A program made the position numbers and the translations under genes. Below, one piece after another: positions 26,677 through 37,053 of a DNA stretch of 57,138 nucleotides. How positions within the stretch are numbered: the stretch's first letter is position 1; each line of letters starts with the position of its first letter. The DNA comes from a virus. Taxonomy: Duplodnaviria > Caudoviricetes. The notes under the pieces are model-generated. The model ran no database searches and was not told where the DNA came from. It was given only the letters and a program-made list of their open reading frames with translations. The stretch is from positions 1 to 57,138 of the IMG/VR virus record IMGVR_UViG_3300028384_001023; one strand, written 5' to 3'.

Positions 26677-27458
26677 TGGATTTCTTTAAGTTTTTTCCTC
26701 GTACTCTCTACGTATATGGAAATGAAGCAGAAGATATTGGGACTGGAGATGTACAGACACAATTTGTACATGATCTATCAACTTATGTTGAAGTGATCGA
26801 CCAAGTACGACAAAACTCAGCATTTCATCTTAAGTATTATATACAAGAAAATGAAAGACCAGATCAAGTATCGTATAAACTATATGGAAACACTAATTTT
26901 CATTGGACTTTCTTCATGATGAACGAAAACTTGAGATCTCAAGGTTGGCCATTAAGTAATATCGAACTTGAAAAAAGGATACACAAAGACTTTCCACATC
27001 TCGTCTTTACAACAAATACTGATTTGACGAATCACTTTTTACCAGGTCAAATTGTAGTTGGTTCGACGTCAAATGCCCGAGCTAGAGTTTTAAGGCGTAA
27101 TCTCGATCTTGGTCAGATCATCGTTGAACCACTTAAAAACTTAGTGAATGTAAATGCTAAGTTTACAGTGAACAGATCAGAGTTTGTTACTTCGAAGTCA
27201 GTAAATGCTATACAAACACAAACAGCATTTTTTGATATTACAAATGAATATGAGTCTGTACGATATTATACAAATTCTTCGGGTCGTATTGTTGATATTG
27301 ATCCTTCGCAAGCACAAAATCTATCAGCCACATACATACCTGTCACACAAGAGGAATTCTATCATAAAGAGAATGATACACTAAAGGAAATTAATGTTAT
27401 CAAGCCTGAACTGATAGGAGAAGTCACCGCAGCTTATAAGCAAGCGTTGAGTAAATAA
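26676..27458 (+). CDS. gp53: baseplate wedge gp53
   Basis: FFKFFP, ERPDQVSYKLYG, HWTFFMMN, GWPLS. Confidence 0.88.
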   Translation: MDFFKFFPRTLYVYGNEAEDIGTGDVQTQFVHDLSTYVEVIDQVRQNSAFHLKYYIQENERPDQVSYKLYGNTNFHWTFFMMNENLRSQGWPLSNIELEKRIHKDFPHLVFTTNTDLTNHFLPGQIVVGSTSNARARVLRRNLDLGQIIVEPLKNLVNVNAKFTVNRSEFVTSKSVNAIQTQTAFFDITNEYESVRYYTNSSGRIVDIDPSQAQNLSATYIPVTQEEFYHKENDTLKEINVIKPELIGEVTAAYKQALSK

Positions 27459-28834
27459 TGGAAAAGAATATACAAAACGACATCCACTCTTCGGGGTTTG
27501 TACTCGAGTCTGTAGAAATCAATTCATCTCGTATGATTGAACCAATCAATATGAGAGACGTGATTACAGACATTCAAATATATGAGCATATCGATAGAGC
27601 CTATCTAACTGGAGAGATGCGTTTTGTGGATTCAATGCGAGTAGCAGATCGTATGGATTTTCAAGGTGCTGAGACTGTTACTATACGAATTAAGAGAAGT
27701 TTAGAATCTCCAGTTTATGAAAAGGTTTTCGTCTTAGATTCTATCATTGATGCTAAGAAGACAAATAAAGGTACTGAAGTTTTTACGGTACACTTGATAG
27801 AAGAAATTGCCTTTAAGTCAAACTTATACAATGTAAATAGAGCATACACTGGAAGCCCATCAAATATAATTGGCAAACTACTCAAAGAATTCTTAGATAA
27901 AGATATTTCTGTATTAAACGAAGAAGAAGTCCAGCAAAATATCAGATTAATTATACCGAACATGAACGTCATGGAAGCCATTGAGTGGATAAGAGATAGG
28001 GCAACTACGAATGAAGGTTTCCCATTCTTTTGTTTTTCTACATTTGCGAGTGATCGTGTTGGATTTGTTGATCTTGAAACGATCATGAAACAAAGCCCAG
28101 TAAATGAATCTAATCCACTCATCTACTCTCCTTCTAATACCATTACAGAAGGTAACTCACGGCTTTTTAATATTACCAATTATAACTATCGTAATCAAGA
28201 GAATATGTTTAGTCTAATCGATAAGGGACTAATCGGATCAACTTATACTTTCTATGACATATTAAATTCTACTTATCATACCGAAAAGTTTAACGTAGTA
28301 AAAGACGTTGGTGAAAAAGTAACACAACTCAATAAAAGACAAACAAACTTTAACGTTGCCGAAGATTTTAACTTTGATGATTTGAATTTACAAGAGCATG
28401 ACTCTAGACATATACATCGTATTGGAGCAGTCGGTCCATATCGTACTCGGACTGGAGGGTTCAATTCACTTGATGAAACAGACGCTCTTACTGACTATAG
28501 AAGAAATGTAATCGCTGATGCACTCTTAAACTTAATGCAAAAGAGCCACGTTGCTGTTACTACAGATGGTTCTCAGTTCTTGGCTGGTTCAAACGAGGCA
28601 GAGCCTGTACATTATACTATTGGTAATTTAGTCAAGATACTATTTCCAGGAAATTATACAGATACGAACGACGATATGTTGATCGATCCTAAAAAATCTG
28701 GAGACTATATGATCTATGCTGCAAAACATACTTTTACTCTTGAGAACTATTTGTTATCGTTTGAACTGACAAAGTTGGCAAATTATAATACAGATGTTTA
28801 TCCAACTGACACCGCAGGAAATCAATACTCATGA
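27458..28834 (+). CDS. putative baseplate hub protein (gp27-like)
   Basis: Between gp53 and gp5; IYEHID..LTG, SGDYMI motifs. Confidence 0.55.
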   Translation: MEKNIQNDIHSSGFVLESVEINSSRMIEPINMRDVITDIQIYEHIDRAYLTGEMRFVDSMRVADRMDFQGAETVTIRIKRSLESPVYEKVFVLDSIIDAKKTNKGTEVFTVHLIEEIAFKSNLYNVNRAYTGSPSNIIGKLLKEFLDKDISVLNEEEVQQNIRLIIPNMNVMEAIEWIRDRATTNEGFPFFCFSTFASDRVGFVDLETIMKQSPVNESNPLIYSPSNTITEGNSRLFNITNYNYRNQENMFSLIDKGLIGSTYTFYDILNSTYHTEKFNVVKDVGEKVTQLNKRQTNFNVAEDFNFDDLNLQEHDSRHIHRIGAVGPYRTRTGGFNSLDETDALTDYRRNVIADALLNLMQKSHVAVTTDGSQFLAGSNEAEPVHYTIGNLVKILFPGNYTDTNDDMLIDPKKSGDYMIYAAKHTFTLENYLLSFELTKLANYNTDVYPTDTAGNQYS

Positions 28835-29718
28835 TACCTTCAGCAAGAAAAGATTATTATGGTGATGAGACTCGTTGGTTTATTGGCAGAGTTATTAGTG
28901 TCAATGATCCTCTTAAGCTTGGCAGGATACAAGTTCGAATATATGGTATTCATCCTAATAGTACAGCAGACGCTGGACAAGGAGATCTTCCATGGGCATC
29001 AGTAAATTTACCAGTGACAGAGGGTGGTAGTTCTGGTATTGGAACTGTTGTAGGTATTAAACCGATGGCTCAAGTCTTTGGTTTATTTTTAGATGGTAAG
29101 AACTCACAAACTCCACTTATATTAGGCAGCATACCAAAGTTTGAAGTCAAAGAAGATAGGGTAAAACATAATACGTTAAGCGTAGGCGAAGAGAACGAAT
29201 CTTTAGATCAAGTAAACACACCTACAAGAAAAAATACAATACCAAAGAATGAGATAGATAATGTATATCTTGAAGGGACAACAAACGCAGAAAAGGCCTA
29301 TAACTATTTTTTAAGGATTGGTTATCCAAGTCATGTGTGCGCTGGTATCGTAGGAAATTTATTGATCGAATCTGGTCCAGATGATATTGATCCAACAAAA
29401 GGAAGTCAAGTTCCAGGAGAAGGATCATGGGGCATAGCTCAATGGAATCCTTCGCCAGATGCTGGTGACAGGCTCGGTAACTTGAGAGCCTATTGTTCTA
29501 ATGCTAACTTGCCTACTGATAGTTTATATTCTCAGCTTTCTTTTATTCGTTACGAGCTTGAAGAAGTACCAGAAGATTTTGGTTATTGGCCGTTAATTGG
29601 CTCTCAAGATGTAGAAGAAGCTACGCGTGTATTTGAAAAGAAATACGAAAAACCACAAGAAGGATCTTTTCCTGATCGTTTAGCGAAAGCACGCGAAATC
29701 TATGAGGCAATGTCATGA
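28831..29718 (+). CDS. gp5: gp5 N-terminal OB domain fused to phage tail lysozyme domain
   Basis: WFIGRV..NDPLKLGRIQVRIYGIH..LPWA, VFGLFLDG; GIVGNLLIESG..GIAQW..FEKKYEKP. Confidence 0.85.
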   Translation: MIPSARKDYYGDETRWFIGRVISVNDPLKLGRIQVRIYGIHPNSTADAGQGDLPWASVNLPVTEGGSSGIGTVVGIKPMAQVFGLFLDGKNSQTPLILGSIPKFEVKEDRVKHNTLSVGEENESLDQVNTPTRKNTIPKNEIDNVYLEGTTNAEKAYNYFLRIGYPSHVCAGIVGNLLIESGPDDIDPTKGSQVPGEGSWGIAQWNPSPDAGDRLGNLRAYCSNANLPTDSLYSQLSFIRYELEEVPEDFGYWPLIGSQDVEEATRVFEKKYEKPQEGSFPDRLAKAREIYEAMS

Positions 29719-31571
29719 CTATTAACAAGGCTCAAATCAATAATGCAGTAAAAGCCATACCTACCGATGTGCAAGCTGGTCAAAATAGCTATAAGATACA
29801 AGAACAACAAGCAAATCATATTGCTATGAAAGGTGCAGTACAAACTACTCCTGGAGGTGTAGTTGCAGGGTTTAAGGTTTTAGGTAGTGATCCAATCGAA
29901 GGATCTGTAACTATCGATGGACCTCAAGCTTGTATAGCTACTGACTCAATCGATGGTGTTAAAAAGTCTGCTTCACAAACTACTAATATCAATTTGTTAA
30001 GTCGTAAAGCTGCAGATGGTTCTCTTAGTATAGCAGTTACACAATCTACGCCAGATGGTATGAAAAAAACCATGGAAGCTACATTAAAGTCGTCTCCTAC
30101 TTCAATCGATGCCACTATTAGTTCATCTTCACCTTTACCAAATACTGCAACAAAAGCTAAAACCATTGATATAAAGAGCGAGTTGAAAAAAGTAAATACT
30201 GACTTTACACAAAAACAAACGACTAAATTAAAAAATCCTATTGGATCTAACTTTGCAAACGCGGCTCCAGGATTTTCATTTGCAAATATAGTTGGTACTA
30301 TCGCTTCTATCGTTACAGGTGGCAATCCTATGTCTTCTGTAGGAAATGTTATTAATGACTTGACTTCATTTGCTACAGATCCAGTGAGTGGTCAAAAAGT
30401 TTATACTCCTATCATCACTAATACTGGTAATACAAACTTATCTCAGACTGTGACTAAAGGATTACCAAATAACCAACAGATCAAACCCACGAGATCTCCA
30501 TTTGATATGAAAAGTAATTATAAACAGTGGGATGGTTGGTACACTATAGGTATGGAAACCGCTTCGACGTCTGGTGCGTTATACGTCTTTGAACAGATAA
30601 CTTCGGCCGAAGAATGGGAAACAGATTTAATCAATGGTTTGGCAGCTCGAGATATTACGACAATGTCTGTTCAATGGACTCGAACTCCATCAGATTGGAG
30701 CGCTACTATTCCAGAAATACAAGGCATAGTTACAACAAGACAAGACAAAAAGTATGGCAGAAAAAAAATCAATGCAAACCCCAAGGCTTATGGATTACCA
30801 GTAAATTACGTAATTAAACAAGATGGTTCTGTTTATAGAGGCAGACCTATTACAGAGCCAGTCTTTGAAGAAGACAGCAGAGCAGGTCCAATCGTAAGTG
30901 TGTTATTTGTTGCTGGATCTACAGAACCAATTGGTAATCCTGATTGGCTAAAATACTTAAGTAAAGCATCTATTAGTTCAGAGCAATTTAAGTCATTAGA
31001 TATTGGCATACAATCATTTTTAAAGTTAGTCCCAGGTGGAGAATTTGTAACTGGATCAGAGCTAACTGGTAAAAGCAACACAGGTCCAGGGTTTGATATA
31101 CGAGAATATGTACGAACAAAGTTTGGTAAAGAAAGTGTATATAGAGATTTTGATGATGTAGAAGTAAAATCATCTTCAGAATTGGCAGAGTTACCTACAG
31201 CGACAGCAGTAAAGGTAGAAGCTGACCCAAGTGAAGCTAAGAGTGTATCAGATATTAAAAAGAGTAGTGAAAAGTTCAATGAGCTAGACGTTAATACTGG
31301 TAAGAAAAAAACATTTAGCTCCGCAGAATTGACAACAAAATCCACTGGATTTGCCAATGCTGCAAGCAATATCACGAGTAGTATCGGTGCACAGAACTCT
31401 TCTATACTGAGCAATCTTGTTGATGTTGCAAAAGCAGTAACAAAGCCAATCACAAGTTTACTTAATAGAGAAACTGAACTAACTGATGATATTAAGTCTG
31501 CACAAGGAACTCGACAAGATCTCATTGAGCGAGGATACAAATATGATAAAGATAAAGGGACGTATGTATAA
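29715..31571 (+). CDS. baseplate-associated protein with degenerate amidase (T7 lysozyme/PGRP-like) domain
   Basis: NYVIKQDGSVYRGRP, SVLFVAG, EQFKSL, PGFDIR; zinc ligands appear absent. Confidence 0.6.
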   Translation: MTINKAQINNAVKAIPTDVQAGQNSYKIQEQQANHIAMKGAVQTTPGGVVAGFKVLGSDPIEGSVTIDGPQACIATDSIDGVKKSASQTTNINLLSRKAADGSLSIAVTQSTPDGMKKTMEATLKSSPTSIDATISSSSPLPNTATKAKTIDIKSELKKVNTDFTQKQTTKLKNPIGSNFANAAPGFSFANIVGTIASIVTGGNPMSSVGNVINDLTSFATDPVSGQKVYTPIITNTGNTNLSQTVTKGLPNNQQIKPTRSPFDMKSNYKQWDGWYTIGMETASTSGALYVFEQITSAEEWETDLINGLAARDITTMSVQWTRTPSDWSATIPEIQGIVTTRQDKKYGRKKINANPKAYGLPVNYVIKQDGSVYRGRPITEPVFEEDSRAGPIVSVLFVAGSTEPIGNPDWLKYLSKASISSEQFKSLDIGIQSFLKLVPGGEFVTGSELTGKSNTGPGFDIREYVRTKFGKESVYRDFDDVEVKSSSELAELPTATAVKVEADPSEAKSVSDIKKSSEKFNELDVNTGKKKTFSSAELTTKSTGFANAASNITSSIGAQNSSILSNLVDVAKAVTKPITSLLNRETELTDDIKSAQGTRQDLIERGYKYDKDKGTYV

Positions 31572-33040
31572 TGTCAACCGATGATCTAAACAATATTGAA
31601 GATAATATCTCTCCTCCTCCACGATCAGGGTTTTATGATCCTCGAGGAGAGTTTCCACGTAGAGATTATATAGACGTTCAATCTACGAATAAAGCTGAGA
31701 GAGGTGTATACAGAAATGAGTTACATATCGGCGGTGGGCATGTAGCTCTGAATCTCGATATTAAACCATTGATGCCAACTAAGTATCCTTTAGCTCAAAT
31801 CAGAGAAACAATATCAGGACATGTAATTGAAACAGACGATACTTCTGGTTCTGAACGCGTCTTGATTAAACACCGTACAGGCGCGGGTATAGACCTCAGG
31901 CCTGATGGTTCTGTTATTATCAATGCACGTAATAATACTGTACGCGTCACAGCAGGTGATGAAAAGGTAATCGTAGAAGGCAACGGTGAATTAGTATACA
32001 ACGGTAATATGAAGCTTTCGGTATCTGGTAACTTAGATATTAATGTAGGCGGTGATTTTAATGTTACAACAGGCGGAGATAAGAAAGAAACCATAAAGGG
32101 AAGTACAAAATACGATGTGACAGGAAGTCAAACTACTACCATTGGTCACAATATGACAAGTAACGTTGGCGATAATCGTAGTGACGTCACATTTGGTTTT
32201 CAAAGTAATATCGTCAAGGGGAACTGGGATCAATTCATCGAAGGCGATGGAAGTATATTTGTAGGGTATAAAGATCCTGATGATGGCACTGGTAAAAAAG
32301 TCGGCACTCTAATGATGACAGGTGCACGTGATGTTGTGATGTCTTCTCAAGAAATCAACATGAACGGAGAGAAGATCGTAGCTACTGCAGATAGTGGTAC
32401 ATTTGGTGGTGAGAACGTTATCATGTACAACTATAACATGTATACTGGACATTCTATTGAAGCAGTTGATACTATCACAACTAATACTGCATATACTGAT
32501 CGAGTTAACGCAACCTCTATGCACGCTACTACTTTTCATGGTGATCTTACTGGAAGAGCAGATGAAGCAATCGCATCGGACACCGCAATCTATGCTTCAT
32601 ACGGAGGTGGACCTGGCGGGCCGGCTGGATGGACTAATACAAATACAACACATACTGCAGAGCCAGTTGATCCGAAGGCTACATTTAAACAAGACAATAC
32701 AAACATACGAGACTTGTTACATAATCAATTCCTCGGTACTCGTAGCGTGTCTGTGAATGAAGCACTAAAAGATGCATTTAGGAAAGAAAACGATTATAAT
32801 AATATAGCTGAACGTAAGCTTACTCCGGCTGAAGTAAGAGCTAAATTACGAGATCCAATTACATTAAGTAATCAAGACTTTATTACTGAGCAGCAATTAG
32901 AAAATAAACTTGGTACTGATTTTAATACTATTACACCACCAAATGGCTATGGTAGAATAGAGAATAAGAGTCAAACTCCAAAACGTGGTACACAGATATT
33001 GCCAGGTGCAGGCGGCGGCACGAATAAGAGGTTCACATGA
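31571..33040 (+). CDS. gp5 C-terminal part (central spike beta-helix)
   Basis: YP..ETISGHVIETDDTSGSERVLIKHRTG; VxG repeats. Confidence 0.8.
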   Translation: MSTDDLNNIEDNISPPPRSGFYDPRGEFPRRDYIDVQSTNKAERGVYRNELHIGGGHVALNLDIKPLMPTKYPLAQIRETISGHVIETDDTSGSERVLIKHRTGAGIDLRPDGSVIINARNNTVRVTAGDEKVIVEGNGELVYNGNMKLSVSGNLDINVGGDFNVTTGGDKKETIKGSTKYDVTGSQTTTIGHNMTSNVGDNRSDVTFGFQSNIVKGNWDQFIEGDGSIFVGYKDPDDGTGKKVGTLMMTGARDVVMSSQEINMNGEKIVATADSGTFGGENVIMYNYNMYTGHSIEAVDTITTNTAYTDRVNATSMHATTFHGDLTGRADEAIASDTAIYASYGGGPGGPAGWTNTNTTHTAEPVDPKATFKQDNTNIRDLLHNQFLGTRSVSVNEALKDAFRKENDYNNIAERKLTPAEVRAKLRDPITLSNQDFITEQQLENKLGTDFNTITPPNGYGRIENKSQTPKRGTQILPGAGGGTNKRFT

Positions 33041-33636
33041 TATTTCAAGTAGATAATGCATTTAATCCTGAAAGAAATACACCTATTACCAATAAAACGA
33101 AATTGGGTAAAGGTGTTACTATGGCTAAATTTCTTGGTGGTTATGGCAATGCTTCTAACTTTAATCATATAACTGATGATAATGAAAAGATAATCATCGC
33201 AAAGCAATATTGTTTGCATGCTGCAGCTATGAAAACCATAGCAGAAAATGAAGGACAGTTTAAAGACTATCGCCTTTTAGTCACCGAAGGTCTATACAAA
33301 AAATATGCTGGTGAAGAACTACAAATCGATAGTATTAATTTTTTAAAGTCAAAGGGAAGAGCAGTCGTTTATGAGCTGAGAGATATGTACGGAAATATAG
33401 CTCATGAAAAAACGTTTGACTTAGCACTTTATTGGAAAGATAATATCCAATTCGAAAAGATGATATTGTCTTATGACACATATTCTCCTACAGGAAATCT
33501 TCATGCCGAAATCATACTTGTAATGCCTCGTATCGTTCCTCCGTGGGAAGTAAGTTATCAAAATAAGATTGAAACAACATTTAATAATCACACTCAATCG
33601 CAAGGCGAGCTCGTAGAAATCCTGAAAAGCGTATAA
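33037..33636 (+). CDS. hypothetical baseplate-region protein
   Basis: Coupled ORF between gp5 and gp25. Confidence 0.65.
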   Translation: MIFQVDNAFNPERNTPITNKTKLGKGVTMAKFLGGYGNASNFNHITDDNEKIIIAKQYCLHAAAMKTIAENEGQFKDYRLLVTEGLYKKYAGEELQIDSINFLKSKGRAVVYELRDMYGNIAHEKTFDLALYWKDNIQFEKMILSYDTYSPTGNLHAEIILVMPRIVPPWEVSYQNKIETTFNNHTQSQGELVEILKSV

Positions 33637-33639
33637 ATA
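33632..33639 (+). promoter_or_regulatory. T4-type late promoter (gp25)
   Basis: TATAAATA 15 nt before ATG. Confidence 0.75.
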
Positions 33640-33654
33640 GTGTAAGAGGTTAAA

Positions 33655-34098
33655 ATGGTACAAAGAGCATTTTCTACACAAGACGGTAACTTAAGTAAAA
33701 AGACCATACAAAGTGCAGTTTCTCGAGATTATTTGGATATCGATTTACTTTTTGCAAAAAGACCGTCAGGTGATTTATATAAAAAGAAACAAGCTGCAGC
33801 CGTCAAACAGGCTGTAAAGAACTTGCTTTTGACATCAGATACAGAAAAGCCATTTAATCCAACATTTGGGGCTAATTTAAATAGTGCACTCTTTGATCTC
33901 GATACAAATTACGATGCTCGTGAAATTTCAGATCAAATCGCAAATGCGATATCTATACATGAACCGAGAGCAAATGTATTGAGTGTATCAGTAGAATCAA
34001 TACCAGATCGAAACGAATTAAGAGCAACGGTTGAATTTGAAGTTATTAATATTGGAGAAGTCGTAACGCTCGAAATAAACATAGCGAGACTAAGATAA
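33655..34098 (+). CDS. gp25: baseplate wedge gp25
   Basis: DIDLLF, AVKQAVKNLLLT, EKPFNPTFG, HEPRA. Confidence 0.92.
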   Translation: MVQRAFSTQDGNLSKKTIQSAVSRDYLDIDLLFAKRPSGDLYKKKQAAAVKQAVKNLLLTSDTEKPFNPTFGANLNSALFDLDTNYDAREISDQIANAISIHEPRANVLSVSVESIPDRNELRATVEFEVINIGEVVTLEINIARLR

Positions 34099-35939
34099 TG
34101 TCAACAACGATTAAGTCATCTGATCTAGATTTTAATGCTATTAAATCTAACTTAAAGAATTACTTTAAGGCTACTGATGAATTTAAAGACTATGATTTTG
34201 AAGCATCAGGCTTATCAAATATCCTTGATGTATTAGCATATAATACACACATCAATGGACTAACAGCCAACTATGCATTAAATGAATCATTTCTCAGTAC
34301 TGCTCAACTACGTAGCTCTGTTGTTTCCCATGCAAACACATTAGGATACGATGTGCGATCAATGACTGGTGCAGTTGGTTACGTAAACCTATCTGTTAAC
34401 CTTTCAGTAGTTTCAAATCGACCAGTTACCGTAGAGTTAGCAAAAGGCACACAGTTTACTGGTTCAGTAGATGGAGTATCTTATACGTTTAGAACAACAG
34501 AAACATATTTTGGTAGAGATAATGGATTTGGTGTTTATGACTTTAAAACTTCGGCTGGTTCGAGTGACATACCAATTACTGAAGGTACAGAAAGAGTAAA
34601 GACTTTCTTAGCAGGTGATAAAAGCGAAAGAACGATCTACGTAATACCAGACACAAACATGGATAAGTCGACAGCAGTTGTAAGAGTTTATGATACTGCG
34701 ACTTCATCTGCATTTACGTCATATGCTCCACTGAAGACAGCTGTTCAGGTAGATGCTGATTCAACATTCTTCACTCTTCATGAAGCACCAAATGGTTATT
34801 ATGAACTGAACTTCGGTGATGGTATTTCTTTTGGTAAATCTCCTGAACCTGGAAATAAAATTGACGTTACGTATCTCACAACAGTTGGCCCTCAAGCTAA
34901 TGACGCAGGAAGCTTTAGTGCTAATTCACCGATATCAGTTAACGGGCAAAACTATACACTTCTTGTTACGACAGCTGCCAACTCGGCTGGAGGTGCAGAT
35001 AAACAAACCGTAGAATCAGTAAAACAGTTAGCTCCATATGCTTATGCATCTCAACAAAGACTAGTGACATCTCTTGATTATAAGTCAACTATATTGAGTA
35101 ATTATACTGCAGTTGAGGATTGTGCAGTTTGGAGCGGAGATCAAAATATACCGATCGACTATGGCCGTGTATATGTATCTCTTAAGTTTGATCCAAATAC
35201 AACAGCTGCTTCTCAGGCTGCAATAAAAGATTCAATCGTAAATAACTTTACACAGAATTTGGCCGTAATGTCGATTGAAACTAAATTTACTGATCCGGTT
35301 GAAACATTTATTGAGCTGACAACAAACTTTCAATTTGATCCAGCTCTTACAGGAAGTACTCTTTATAGTACAGAAGCCGAGATCTTTAACTTTAAAAAAT
35401 CCTATTTTAAGAATAATCTAGGAAAATTTGATACAGTATACCGTCGATCAAATCTCTTGACAGAACTTGATGCTCTGAGTCCTGCTATCTTATCAACTAA
35501 ACAAGACGTGAAAGCTCAGTTACGTTTTGAACCAACAGTTGGCGTAAGTACTGATCATAAGCTATCATTCCCTATGAAGATCGCTGCACCTGATGACGTA
35601 CAACCTATAGTGACATCAACCACTTTCCAATATTTAGGAAAAGTAGCATTAATCAAAAATAAACTTGAAAGCAGTATTCTACAGATTTATGACTTAAATG
35701 GTAATGTACTGTTAGATAATGTTGGAGAATATAGAGCACAAGAGGGTATTGTGGATATCGTTGCTATAAATCCTCAAGCCCTTCTCTTTGGTGTAAATTA
35801 TATTAAAGTGAGTGTTGTTCCAGAGAATCAAAGCTTAATCAAACCTCTACGTAATTATATCTTATCGTTGGATGAAGACTTAACTTCAGCGACAGCTATC
35901 ATCGACAGACAGACAACTACATTGGAAATTGATGTATAA
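34098..35939 (+). CDS. gp6: baseplate wedge gp6
   Basis: LDFNAIK, DYDFEASGLSNILDVLAYNTH, ESFLSTAQLRSSVVSHA, QQRLVTSLDY. Confidence 0.95.
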   Translation: MSTTIKSSDLDFNAIKSNLKNYFKATDEFKDYDFEASGLSNILDVLAYNTHINGLTANYALNESFLSTAQLRSSVVSHANTLGYDVRSMTGAVGYVNLSVNLSVVSNRPVTVELAKGTQFTGSVDGVSYTFRTTETYFGRDNGFGVYDFKTSAGSSDIPITEGTERVKTFLAGDKSERTIYVIPDTNMDKSTAVVRVYDTATSSAFTSYAPLKTAVQVDADSTFFTLHEAPNGYYELNFGDGISFGKSPEPGNKIDVTYLTTVGPQANDAGSFSANSPISVNGQNYTLLVTTAANSAGGADKQTVESVKQLAPYAYASQQRLVTSLDYKSTILSNYTAVEDCAVWSGDQNIPIDYGRVYVSLKFDPNTTAASQAAIKDSIVNNFTQNLAVMSIETKFTDPVETFIELTTNFQFDPALTGSTLYSTEAEIFNFKKSYFKNNLGKFDTVYRRSNLLTELDALSPAILSTKQDVKAQLRFEPTVGVSTDHKLSFPMKIAAPDDVQPIVTSTTFQYLGKVALIKNKLESSILQIYDLNGNVLLDNVGEYRAQEGIVDIVAINPQALLFGVNYIKVSVVPENQSLIKPLRNYILSLDEDLTSATAIIDRQTTTLEIDV

Positions 35940-37012
35940 TGGCACACCGCGTTGGATCATCTGAAACACTGAAGGACTATAATACTCTTAAGCCTAATAT
36001 GCGTAAGAGTATTGTACAAGAAGCTTTACCTGAACACTACAGGGAAGATTATCCAAATCTAGTTGAATTTCTCGAAGGATACTATGACTTTTTAGATTCT
36101 GATCAATCTTTCGGCGGTATTATCAATGAACTACAAACAGTAAGAGATGTAGAAGATACAAAATTATCAGAACTAGATTATATCTTTGGTGAGCTAGCTC
36201 TTGGAGTATCGAACGACCAATTCAAAATACCACGTGAAGCTATACGAAACTTTGGTAATTTCTTTCGCGTAAAGGGCTCACTCTTTTCAGGCGAAGGTTT
36301 CTTTCGAGGTTTCTTTGATGAAGATGTAGAGATATCATATCCCAAGAAAAAGATCTTTACGATTGGTGGTCCACAGATTGGACCTAACCATGGTTACGTT
36401 ACTCAAAACGCAGCGCGCTTCCAAGTATTTTCTTTATTCATTAAATCTCCACTTTCTATATCAGCGTGGGAAGAATTGTGGAGAAAGTTTGTACACCCGT
36501 CTGGTTTTTATCTCAGCGCAGAAGTTTTACTCGAAGGCACAGATGGTATTACAATTAAGACAGACGAGTCTGTTCCAGATCCATTTAAGAATATCTTCTT
36601 CGTAGCTGATATAGCTTCAATCACAAGATCTGCTGAAGGTGAAGTATCACATCTAAATGATTATTGGGCAAATAGTTATCTATCACCTGGTGGTCATATT
36701 AATGAACCACAATATCGCACAAATCCATATCGCTTGATAGGATATTGGGCAGATTCGGATCAAGCAGCAGGTGTTGGAAGTAGACTCTATGCTAGCATTA
36801 ACGATGTTATAACTGAGTATAAAGATCTAAAAGAATGGGCAGATTGGGGTATTACATACGATAATACACTCGACTCAAACGCGACAGCTATTACATTCGA
36901 TAATACATATGAACGTTATGATATGAGGAATTTCCAAACATATCGTTCTGACCAAGGACAATTTGTGGCTCCTGGTTACATAAAGCAAGGCTATATCTTA
37001 AATAGTCCATAA
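35939..37012 (+). CDS. gp7: baseplate wedge gp7-like
   Basis: LPEHY..FLEGYY, FFRVKGS, FVHPSGF; follows gp6. Confidence 0.7.
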   Translation: MAHRVGSSETLKDYNTLKPNMRKSIVQEALPEHYREDYPNLVEFLEGYYDFLDSDQSFGGIINELQTVRDVEDTKLSELDYIFGELALGVSNDQFKIPREAIRNFGNFFRVKGSLFSGEGFFRGFFDEDVEISYPKKKIFTIGGPQIGPNHGYVTQNAARFQVFSLFIKSPLSISAWEELWRKFVHPSGFYLSAEVLLEGTDGITIKTDESVPDPFKNIFFVADIASITRSAEGEVSHLNDYWANSYLSPGGHINEPQYRTNPYRLIGYWADSDQAAGVGSRLYASINDVITEYKDLKEWADWGITYDNTLDSNATAITFDNTYERYDMRNFQTYRSDQGQFVAPGYIKQGYILNSP

Positions 37013-37019
37013 AAACTGT

Positions 37020-37027
37020 TATAAATA
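37020..37027 (+). promoter_or_regulatory. T4-type late promoter
   Basis: TATAAATA in intergenic gap. Confidence 0.8.
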
Positions 37028-37053
37028 AGACCAAATACATATTAGGATAGAAC

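Noticed and set aside
30833-31540. 235-aa minus-strand ORF (and similar antisense ORFs at 27715, 29924, 37881)
   Set aside because: Shadow frames of well-supported plus-strand structural genes; no RBS or recognisable motifs.
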